Origin: Bilabrum cf. latius
Lineage: Eukaryota
DNA length: 64,000 bases
NCBI GenBank assembly: GCA_965178125.1
Contig: OZ237742.1
Coordinates: 62,001 to 126,000 of the forward strand
Direction of reading: 5' to 3'
Numbering within the stretch: the first letter of the stretch is position 1; each line of letters opens with the position of its first letter. Positions 51,505 to 61,762 of this stretch are shown piece after piece. The notes beneath the pieces are model-generated. The model ran no database searches. It was not told the DNA's origin and worked only from the letters and a program-made list of their open reading frames with translations. The position numbers and the translations under genes are program-made.

Positions 51505-52737
51505 ATGAGCAGTGCAGCTGCAGCACAGAGACGAACAATTGCGACTGCGTTGGAAGATGAGCTTGTTGAGCGCGAGAGAACGGCCGAAACGGCAAAACTC
51601 AACCGAATGGTGGACGAGGTGAAAGCAGAATATAGCAGTTCGCTGCCAAAGTGAGGCTTGGATGATACATTCAGGTAAACATGTCACTCAGGTGACCCAA
51701 TATGCTACATAGATGCACATGCTGTTGGTTCCGAGCACTTGCAGCCTTCCTACGCTTTGGGGTGCAAACGGCCAGATGGCAGGCCGCCTTGACTAGTTCA
51801 TGCGCACAATTTGTATTGATTTGCCCATTGCAGACAGGATAGGGTTCGGTTGTAGAACAAAGGTGCCAGGGCGCGTGCCAGATTGAGAGTGATTGAAAAG
51901 GAGGCCCAGTAGGATGCTCTAATGCGACACAATTCGCAGCTGCGTCGCATCATTCATTTCGTGGAGAAGCGAAGAAACCTGCCGCTGACACCGTTCGCAT
52001 CAAGTCAGGCTGTGTTGGAATCCATTCGAGCGCGAGCCGATGCCGCAGTGAAGAAAGCAATCGCCGATTAGCGCAACGTTTCGAGACAGGGCGGGCCGGC
52101 AGCTCGCGCGCGCACGAGCTCGAGCAGCTCCAAGGCAGCCGGTGGGGCGAGCAGCTCCACCATCAGCATGGCAGCACAAGCGGCGCAGGCCGCAGCAGCA
52201 GTCGCGGCTGCCGCTGTCCGCAACAACGGCCTCGGTGGCCCTGCAGGTGTCCCGCAGCCCCCGGCCAAGAGGGCAAGGTAGGACGCGAGCACCAGCGCAG
52301 CCTCGGCAGCAGCCGCTGCCGCTGCAGCGGCAGCAAAGGTAGCCGCGAGCGTTGCTGCTGTTAACGCGGCTGCGTCCGGCAGCGGTATGTCAATGTCAAT
52401 GTCGCTGCCCATGTCGGCCGCCGGTGGAGCCCGGCAACACCCCGGCACTAGCTCCAGCTCCAGCTCCGCCCCAGGGGTTGCAAGGCCTGCGGCGGCCGCG
52501 GCCAGCCAAATGCAAGGTAGCTCTGGCTCTAGCGGCAGTCGAGCAGGAGACGGCTCTCCGTTCGGCTCCCACCAGGGCATCTCGGCGGCGGGGGTGGCAG
52601 GGCGAGGGGACGGGGACGGGGACGGCAGCATGTCCGTACCGCAGGCAGCGACCGGCGCGCATGCAGGGGGGGGGGGCGCGTCCAGCAGCAGTGGCGTTGG
52701 CAGGCTAGGTGAAGGGAGCTCTGTGCCGATGTCGTGA
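51505..52737 (+). CDS. Hypothetical protein with a bZIP-like basic/coiled-coil region and Ala/Ser/Gly-rich tail
   Basis: Exon 51505..51650, intron 51651..51833. Reads KQDRVRL*NKGARARARLRVIEKEAQ*DALMRHNSQLRRII (N-x7-R). Ends TGA. Confidence 0.5.
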
Positions 52738-52860
52738 GGAACACTTTGCAGTTGCCTTGGCTTGGCGGCTGGCAAGATGACCCTGTGAACGAATGCGTGC
52801 CATGTGTGCTCATCTGGATAATCCATGTCGAACCAGCGAAACACGTGTGATTTCCAGATG

Positions 52861-53160
52861 TGTATGGTGGTAGCTCTGTCATTCGCACTCGCTCACTCTT
52901 CTTGGATGTAGCAGTGGTAGTGTATGGTGGTAGCTCTAGTCATTCGCACTCGCTCACTCTTCTTGGATGTAGCAGTGGTAGTGTATGGTGGTAGCTCTAG
53001 TCATTCGCACTCGCTCACTCTTCTTGGATGTAGCAGTGGTAGTGTATGGTGGTAGCTCTGTCATTCGCACTCGCTCACTCTTCTTGGATGTAGCAGTGGT
53101 AGTGTATGGTGGTAGCTCTAGTCATTCGCACTCGCTCACTCTTCTTGGATGTAGCAGTGG
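52861..53160. repeat. Non-coding tandem repeat, 60/61-nt unit x5
   Basis: tgtatggtggtagctct(a)gtcattcgcactcgctcactcttcttggatgtagcagtggtag. Units start at 52861, 52921, 52982, 53043 and 53103. Confidence 0.95.
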
Positions 53161-53174
53161 CGCGTGCATGCCAG

Positions 53175-54495
53175 TCATCGCCTAGACCCCCTGCTGCCTC
53201 GGTTGAAGGCGCCTCGCAAGCCTCCCATGCCTCCCATCATGCCCATCATACCCCCGCCCATACCCATGCCCCCCATCTCAAAGTCGCCTGCCCCGGGGTA
53301 TCCCATCCCCATCCCGCCGCCGCCCCCGCCCCTGCCCCTACCTCCAGCGCCCCCGCCCATCCTGCTCTCCATGGCCGCCGCCTCCTCTGACATGCTCACC
53401 ACGGACTGGGCGCCCCGCACACCGCGGGACAGGTGGGACACCAGCTCCAGCAGACCGCCGTCGCCCAGCTCCCCGGCCAGCGCACTCGTCACCTCGTCTG
53501 AGCCCCCCGCCGGCAGCCGGGAGCTGCACGCGGCCACCTGCCGCAGCAGCGCACGGGTGGGCCTCAGCTTGCCGGCCTTGGTGGCCTTGAGCAGGGTGAG
53601 GATTGTCTGCACCCGCTCCCGTAGCCGCTACAGCGCTCCAATCGTCTTGCCCGCGTGCCCAACCACCGTGCTCTTTCCCTTAGCGTCATCGCTCGACTGC
53701 GAGACAGCGTCCACCGTGATGCGCTCCGTTGCCACGGCGTCGATGCGGAATGGGATCTCGGCGAAGGCGTTGGACTGCGCCCCGTCTGTAGTCACCACCA
53801 CAGATTGATAGCAAGACACGGGAAGATCCTTCTGGCCCGCTGCCACGGCGGCAGGGTCCACGCGCACCATGACTGGATCCTCGTTGAACTTCATGAGGAT
53901 CCGGTGCAGGCGCATGTGGTCCTCTACCACCGCATTCCCAGTGGTGTACCATCCCAGCAGCTCATACTTGGGATAAACAGTCTATACCACGCCAACGTTG
54001 TGCTTAATGAATTTTTCGTCGACGTGCAAGTTGCCTTTGCTGTCGCGCACGTAGGCCATTTCGAAACTGTAGAATACCTCCACGCGTCTGCCTACTTGTG
54101 ACCCGTACAACAACCCGTAAACATCTGGATTTCCACCTCGGCCGAGCGGAGAGGCATCAATGCCTCCGGGGATACCAACGAGCGCCTTGTCGGCTTCTCC
54201 ACCACCTTCATAATCATCCTCGTCAATGTCTGGGACCACTTCGCCTTGCTCTCTGGTGCGAGTGAAGTGATCACTGATATTAATGATAACGAGCTGCAAA
54301 ATACGCAAATATCAGACAAGCTTTCGCGGAATGCAAGGCGAAATCGAGGGTAAGAGGGTTCTCGAACCATGCGTGCAGCAGCCTCACCGGATGCAACAGA
54401 AGATCCTCGGCAGCAGCTTCGCTTGTAGCAAGCTACGGTGCAAGCGATGCGCCAGCACCACTTGATGCGCCGCTAGACTTAGATTCTGACGCCAT
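53175..54495 (-). CDS. COPS6: COP9 signalosome subunit 6 (MPN domain)
   Basis: Intron 54387..54294. Spliced LLLHPLVIINISDHFTR, YGLLYGSQVGRRVEVFYSFE, ELLGWYTTG, ERITVDAV. Gly/Met-rich tail, 3 TAG, ends TGA. Confidence 0.88.
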
Positions 54496-54703
54496 CTCTG
54501 CAATGTATTGGGGGTCGTTCTTGCATGTTGATAGTTGCCGGCGCCGCGCAATCCGCAGGGGGCACCAGCGGGGGCAATTTGGGGTCATCCGGGCGGAACC
54601 ATTGAGTTGCAGTGCGAGCTGTGGCGCGCAAGCAACATTATAACGCCTCTGGTTTCGTTTGTTTGCCGTTCTCGTTTTCGTGGGTAGCGTCCACACAGTA
54701 CAA

Positions 54704-57271
54704 ATGAAGCTTCTGCAAGTCGCTTCGATATTTGCGGCAGTGTATACCCCGGTGTACGCTATGATCCAGCCGCCGTTCCACCCTAACCGCTCTTCAATCC
54801 TCAGTACGAGAGCTTGCCGACCAGGGTTTGACAAGTACGATTTTTGCAACACGAAGCTTTCAGTGGCGGATAGAGCAAAGGCTGTTGTTAAGCTCGCTGA
54901 CGACGATCTGAAGCCGAAGCTCCTAACAGCGCGTGGTTGGCCGCAAGGCAACATACAGGGAGTCCCAGACATCGGCGTCCCGCCGCTAGACAAGGGTTAG
55001 ATTATACGTACTGGTGTTGAAAGCACGAACGAATGAGCTCCACTCTTAGCAAGGCCCTATCCATGCTAACCCTTGATGGTTCCCGTCGCAGGCCAGAACT
55101 CACTTCATGGGGTGCAGACACTCTGCATAGAGGACCGCTGCGCCACGTCATTTCCGATGCCAAATGCATTAGGCGCCTCGTTCAACCAGTCCATGTGGCG
55201 TGCCATGGGAGACGTCATCGGCGTGGAGACTCGCGTCGCCTACCTCACTGGCTGCCCTGAGGCGAGCACGTGGAGCGGTCGCCCCCCCGCTGGCCTCGAC
55301 ACGTGGAGCCCCACCATCAACCAGCCCAGGGACCCGAGGTGGGGCCGCTCCCAGGAGGTCGTGAGCGAGGACCCGCTGCTGCTGTCCGACTACGCGGTGG
55401 CCTACACCAAGGGGGTGCAGGAGGGGGAGGACCCTCGGTTCCTCAGGGGGGTGGCCACGCTCAAGCACTGGGTGGCATACTCACTCGAGGACAGCGACGG
55501 GTACACGCGGCACAACTTCTGCGCCCACGTGTCCGACTATGATCTGGGAGCCACCTATTTCCCCATGTTCAAGAAAGCGGTGCAGGACGCCAAGGCGGCC
55601 AGCATCATGTCGTCCTACAACGCGGTGGCCTTCATGGACTCGGAGAACACGACCTGCGTGCCCACCAGCGCCAGCGCAGAGCTGAGGCACGTCCTGCGTG
55701 ACGAGTGGGGCTTCCAGGGCTACCAGACTTCGGACACGGGCGCCATCAGCGACATCGACAAGAACCACAAGTACGTCCCCACCGGGTCTCAGGCCTCGTG
55801 CGCGGCTGTCAAGGACGGGCAGTGCGACATCGACAGCGGCAGCGTGTACTGGGACAACCTGGCGCAGGGCGTGGCCAACGGGGAGTGCGCGCAATCGGAC
55901 GTGGACCTGGCCCTGCAGCACGCCATGGAGGTGAGGGTGCGGCTGGGTCTCTTCGACCCTGTCGAGGACCAGCCCTACTGGAACTACTCCACCAGCGAGT
56001 TCGGGAAGAACAGCTCGCAGGCCCTGGCCCTGGATGCCTCGAGACAGGCCTCGGTGCTGCTCAAGAACCAGGGCGGGCTGCTGCCTCTCAAGAAGGGCCA
56101 GCGGGTGGCGGTCATCGGGCCCAACGCTGACAGCGAGACCGCCCTGGTGGCGTCGTACCTGGGCCAGCTGTGCCCGGGGAACAAGTGGGACGACCTCTCC
56201 TGCCTCCAGACCGTGCAGGAAGCCATCAAGGCCGCAAATGCGGGGGGCAGCACCCAGTACGAGAAGGGATGCGACGTCAACTCGCAGGACAAGAGCGGCT
56301 TTGCTGCAGCTGTGGGGGCCGCCAAGTCGGCCGACGTGGCGGTGCTGGTGATGGGCATCGACCAGAGCATCGAGGGCGAGAGCCACGACCGCAAGGACAT
56401 CGAGCTGCCAGGCGTGCAGCACGATCTCGTGCAGGCAGTGCTGGCGGTGCAGCCCAGCACCGTGGTGGTGTTCCTCAACGGGGGTGTGGTGGACATCAGC
56501 GCGGAGAAGGCCAGCGCCCCCGCCATCCTGGAGAGCTTCTACCCGGGGTACCACGGGGGCAGGGGCGTGGCTGACGTGCTGTTCGGGGACCACAGCCCCG
56601 CGGGCCGGCTGCCTTTCACCATGTACCATGCCAACTACACGAACGAGGTGAACATGACCAGCATGTGCATGGGCTGCGCCCCTGGAAGGACCTACAGGTA
56701 CTTCGACGGGCCTGTCGTGTACCCCTTCGGTGCCGGACTCAGCTACACCACATTCAAGATGAGCTGGAGTCCGCAGCCGCCCGCCCCTCTGCGCATGCCA
56801 GCCGCTTTGCCCAGCGCCCCCGCCACCCAGTATACCGTGACCGTGTCCAACACGGGCTCTGTGTCCAGCTCTGTCGTTGTGCTGGCCATGTGGAAGCCCA
56901 AGGCACTGGCCGCCCCCGAGATGGCGGACTACCCCCTCCGACTGGAGCTGTTCGGGTACGACAAGGTGTTCATCCCTGCTGGCGGGTCCAAGCAGGTGAC
57001 CTTCAGCGTGGACCAGGGGTCCCTCAGGGTGGTGCACCCCCGCACTGGGGACGTGTTGTCGGCCCCCGGGGAGTACGAGATCGTGTTCACCACCAACACC
57101 ATGGCCGTGCCCGAGATGGCAGGCGAGGAAGCCGCCGCCCAGTACGTGGCACAGGCGCGGGCACAGGGCGCCGTGGAGCTGCTTCGGGCCCAGGTGGTCG
57201 TGGATGGAGAGGCAGCTGCCGTGGTGGACAAGTTCCCCATGCCGAGGCCCGGTAGGGAGCTGGTTCAGTGA
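54704..57271 (+). CDS. Secreted GH3 beta-xylosidase/beta-glucosidase (~823 aa)
   Basis: Signal peptide, intron 54996..55091. Motifs ATSFP, WSPTINQPRDPRWGRSQEVVSEDP, KHW, MSSYNAV, EWGFQGYQTSD (nucleophile), EGESHDR, YPFGAGLSYTTF. Ends TGA. Confidence 0.93.
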
Positions 57272-57457
57272 TGCGTATGCGTTGGGCAGCATTCCACTCG
57301 CGGTCTTGAGAGTGCCAGAGCCGGTGCCGCCGGTGGTGCGACAGTGAGACAACGCGCGATGTGATTGCTTCTTGGATGCGATTATTCACGCTATGCTTTG
57401 GCTGCATTCAGTCCACCTGACAGGAACATTCCCAGCCTATAGCGCTGCTCCCGCGTA

Positions 57458-58798
57458 TTATCTTTGATCCCCTGCACCGCCACTCGCCGGTGTCTCCTAG
57501 CCAGCGGACGAGCTGCTGCCAGCCCCTCCCTCGGCCTTGGCTTTCCCAACACCAACGCCCTTGCCTGCGCCCATCGCGCCGTGGCTCGAAGCCCCTGCAT
57601 CCTATGAAGCACATGAAGCAGAAGCAGCCTTCAATCTAGCCAGCTCTGGGGAAACACCCGCAGCAGGTGGTCCGGACGATGCACTGCAGACCCCCTCGCC
57701 TACCTTACCCCCACCAGCAGTCGCCCGGCCCTTCCCACTGGCAAGCAGCCCCATCCTCGCTCGCGCCACCATGCCCACGCAGTCCAGTGCCTTCATGGCC
57801 ATCCCCTGCCCCCTGCGGCGCGCCAGAGCCAGCAGTGCGGCCTCGGCCCGCCCCAGCCCCGCCTCAGCAGACGCCCGCCGTGGGCTGCCCCTCGGCATTC
57901 GCAACACGGTGCCGGCCCTCTGGGCTGCTGGCCCGCCCATGCCCCTCATCTCGGGGAGGGCCTGCCCGCACCACTCCAGCTCCAGCTCGCCCTCAGGTTG
58001 CGACCGGGCCGCCTCGGGGATGCCTCTACCGCTCCGCACCGCCGTGAGGTCATACCGCACGCTGCGCTTGTGCTCGAAGGACCAGCGCTGCTTGAAGCGA
58101 GCGCTGCGGCACCCCGCCAGCGGGGGTGCGTGCAGTGCGGCGAGTAGCCATTGCTCGCCCCTTTGGGCAGCTGAGAGCAGGTCGGTCGCTCCGATGGCGA
58201 CTGGTCCTTTCGGTCTGGCGCCATGGGGTGCCACCCCAGTGGCTACCCCGGAGGGAATGCTCACTTCGGACGAGCGCTGCAAGCGGACGTCGCCAAGCCG
58301 AAATCTACCCGTATCCCTTGAGCGTAGCGGCTCAGACCCAGGCACGATGGCATCGAGATCTACGACTGCGTCGGCCGTGCCAATCTTGTGTTTCGCGAGA
58401 CGCTCCTGCGTGTTCAACACGATAGGTTCAGACGAGGCGGTACCGGAAGCTGGAACCGGCTTTTCGGTACCATGGTTTTCTTTTTTATCGCATATTGAAA
58501 GTCTAGGCTAGCCGTGAACTTGCACATCAAGGGTGAACGACGATGATTTGGTTGTCCACGACGGATTCGATTCCAGGTGTTTCCGAAGGGCCTCTACTGC
58601 CACCCCGTCGCCAACTCCGCGCACAATAATTTCGATTTCACTCGATGGGTCGGCCCCGTGCTCCAGGATCCAAAGAGCTAGAATGTCCTCTGTTGCTGCC
58701 ATGAAGCGCTCCTCAGCTTGTCGTTTCCTCGCAACGGGATCGACTCGGGCCCGCTTTGCAGCGCTGCCCAGCGGGGATCCATCACGCCCGCGCTTCAT
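57458..58798 (-). CDS. Triphosphate tunnel metalloenzyme (CYTH), probable mRNA-capping RNA triphosphatase
   Basis: Motif A SEIEII, DVRLQRSSE, RFKQRWSFEHKRSVRYDLTAV, motif C ELELEW. N-terminal NLS-like KRGR..KRAR. 3 TAG, ends TAA. Confidence 0.7.
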
Positions 58799-58951
58799 TG
58801 TCACGCTGTACTTGCTTGTCTGATTCGATTATGCAGGAGGATGCACTACTAGTACGCTCGCACAGTGCAGATGTGACTAGTGGGCATCAAACACAGACAT
58901 TGTGGCCCCATTCGCGTGTGTATCACAAAATGCCAATCAAATGAATATGAA

Positions 58952-60579
58952 ATGAATGATAATCGCGGTCTTGTCACGTACTAGGAGTGGGCTGGGGGAT
59001 CCGACGAGGAGACATCTTCCAGCGATTCTGTTGCGATTTGGCGAAGGGTTCTGTGGGCGAAGCAACCGTTTCCAGACAACCACACAGACGAATCATTTCT
59101 CGAAAATGTCGAGACGAACGGTTAGATTGGCCGCATGCATGCTCACCTTTGCAATTTGCCGGCTAGACCTTCATGTTTGCTGTCGCCTCATGTTGCTCTC
59201 TCGCAGCTGCCCCGCTAAATGATGACTACTGGTCCTTGGTGAAGTCTACGGCTCCAATCATCCAGCAACTCAGTATGCTTGCCTTACTGTTCGTGAGAGC
59301 GGGCCTGCCGTGAGCTCTCACTTCTAGGATTCCAACAGTCTGCACTCCTAGGCTTTCCACCGTCGTCGCCCTTCTTGCGCAGGTTGTGTTTTTCCACGTG
59401 CATCAAGCGGCAGTTTCCATTGGAGGCATGGTTGCTTTGAACTGTGCTCTCCTTGCAATGGCGGGCGCAGGCTCTGCTATTGCCCAGAGTCCACTCCCTA
59501 CCCTGATCGCCACCAAGCAGCCCAGATCATCGCGCGCTGCCCAAGGAGACACCCGAGCTGCTGGGGACAGTGCGCGAGTCACGTTCAAGCACAACAAGGA
59601 GCGTGGACGAGGCCCTAGCACAGGACCAGCTGGCCGTGGCCACAGGACAGGCAATGCCGGCAGTGCCAGCGGGGATCGCACCGCTGGCAGCAGCTCAAGC
59701 AGCAGCCCCTCCCCCTCCGCGATGACCAGAAAGGACAAGGGTACGCCCCGCAGACAGCCCGCAAATGGCCCAAAATCTCGATCTTCACCCTCTACCCCGC
59801 TGCCCTCCTCCCCGCCGGCGGACAGGCGGTCTAGGCGAAGGTCCGAGGGTGCCTCGGCTGCAGGGCCCCTGCCTCTGCCTCTGGCTGCTGCCAGTGGGGA
59901 GAGCTCCTCCTCCCGCACCATGCTAGACCTACTATCGTAGCTGGCCATGGTGGTGGTGCTGCTGCTGCTCTTCGCCCCTGTGCTGCAGACCCTGACTCGG
60001 TCCTATGCCAGCGACTCGATCTGGGCGCTGACCATCTTCCTCTCCGGGGTGCACCTGCTGTTCCAGGACTACAGGCAGCACCACCATGCAGTGCATCATC
60101 ACGTGGACGGCGGCATCCCGTTGGTAGACCACAACACGGGCACGGGCGCTGGCGCTGGCACTGACCCGGTGGAGCTGGACGAGGACCCAGGCGAGCATCA
60201 GGGCCGGCTGTACTCTGTGGTGTCTCTCAGCGCCGCGATGGTGGCGGGGGTGCTGCTGGCCTCTCGACTGCCGGATACCATGCACGTGTTCGTGTTCCTT
60301 GTGTTTACGGTGGAGCTGCTAGTGCTGTTTCCCGCTGCCAGGGCGCAGCTGCGGGCCGCCTCCGAGTCGGCTCACCTGGCGGTGACAGTGGTGCTTGCTT
60401 GCCTGGCGCTTGGTCTCGTGGGGAGGCAGAGCCCGCTGCTTGCAGGAGTCTTCCTGGCGGCTGTGGGCGGGGTGGGGTTTCTGTGCCCTGGGCTGGTGCT
60501 GGCACTGCGCGGGCACAAGACACATGTGAGGGGGCCGTGGGACCTGGGCAGGGCTGGAATCCAGGCGAGCATAGGATGA
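58952..60579 (+). CDS. PIGC: GPI-GlcNAc transferase subunit PIG-C/GPI2
   Basis: WRRVLWAKQPFPDNHTDESFLE, IIQQLS, FAPVLQTLTRSYASDSIWA, LLASRL, KTHVRGPWD. Two inferred introns (~59121..59207, ~59293..59382), ends TGA. Start uncertain. Confidence 0.9.
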
Positions 60580-60693
60580 GTGCAGGACTCTGCACGAGCT
60601 TTACAGGAATATACTAGATAATAGATCCTACTTAAGAAGACACACTCTTATATTGGGTCTCTTCCGTAGTGCGATGATTGCGAATCTTGTCGC

Positions 60694-61371
60694 TCATGCC
60701 GAGGCACCACCGTCGGCTGCCAATTCATGACCGCCGCTAGCACTACTCGAGGGCCCGCCCATGGCCGTCTCGATGGCCTCCGCTACCTCTTCATGGCCTG
60801 CGCCCCTTGCTAACTATGCCGGTGGCGGCTCCACTGCACACCCACCACTGGCACTGGCACTGTCCTCGGCCTCTCCCCGGGAGGCGCGCAAGTCGGGAGC
60901 TGCCCCAGCTGCCAGCAGGGCGAGCACAGTCTCCAAGTTGCCCCGGTATGCAGCTCTAGAAAGCGGCGTCCATGCCTTTGGCGAGTCGTTGTTCGTGCCT
61001 TTCTCTTTGTCTGGTATCGCTGTGCTCTAGTTGAGGCCCACACGGCTTCCGTCTGGGCCACCGGCTTCGAGCAACACTTTAACTAGCTTCGTCTGGCCAG
61101 ACGAAGCAGCGTAGACCAGGGGAAACCACCCAGTGGAGTCTGTGTTTGTTGCGATTGCTCCATGCTACAGCAAGAGCTGCAGCATCTCCGGCGGCCCAGT
61201 CCCTCCGCAGGCGACGTGCAGAGGCGTGATCCCAAACTCATTGGTGTAATTGGGATCCGCCCCAGCTTTAAGCGCTGCGCGCGCATCATCGACCTCTTGT
61301 TCCATTGTTGCAATGATCAAGTCTTCACCAGCTGCTTTGTTGTACTCCATCTTGGCTGCGCTGCCTGCCAT
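60694..61371 (-). CDS. Ankyrin-repeat protein (~225 aa)
   Basis: GADPNYTNEFGITPLHVAC, LLL*HGA..GWFPLVYAASSGQTKLVKVLLEAG, WTPLSRAAYRGNLETVLALLAAGA. 3 TAG, ends TGA. Confidence 0.85.
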
Positions 61372-61762
61372 CGAAGCGATTCGGCAATTACCAGACAGAT
61401 ACGCCCTGTGCTTCTGGAATGCCTCTACGATCACGCAACCCGAGGCAAGTGCCGCCCCTAGTCCACGAGATCTATGTTCTTGGCGGACAGGGCAGCTCCG
61501 GCAATGTGCTGTGCGAGATTGCAGCCTGCAGTGCAAGTGCCACCACTGGTGACGATTGCAAAATCATGCTTCGCAAAGTGATGGACATATACGCCGTCAT
61601 TATAATTGATTCGCTCACATGAAGAATAAAAAACTTATTTGAATGCACGCAGGCATTAATCAGCCAGAATACGTGCTGGATTAAGCAAAGTAGCCAAGAA
61701 AACCTTTATCCCGCGCAAGTAAATTGCCAGTTCAGTAGGGGTAGTGCCCGTCATAGTCAAAC

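Noticed and set aside
52861-53160. CRISPR array
   Set aside because: Units are contiguous and identical with no unique spacers, there are no cas genes, and the context is eukaryotic.
55481-57352. Long antisense ORFs (623 aa here; also 34451..35788, 42119..43228, 50534..51163)
   Set aside because: Shadow ORFs expected opposite GC3-rich genes, with no recognisable motifs.
57458-58798. Endogenous giant-virus or virophage insertion around the TTM gene
   Set aside because: Flanked by ordinary eukaryotic genes, same composition and TAG usage as the host, and no viral hallmark genes, integrase or terminal repeats.
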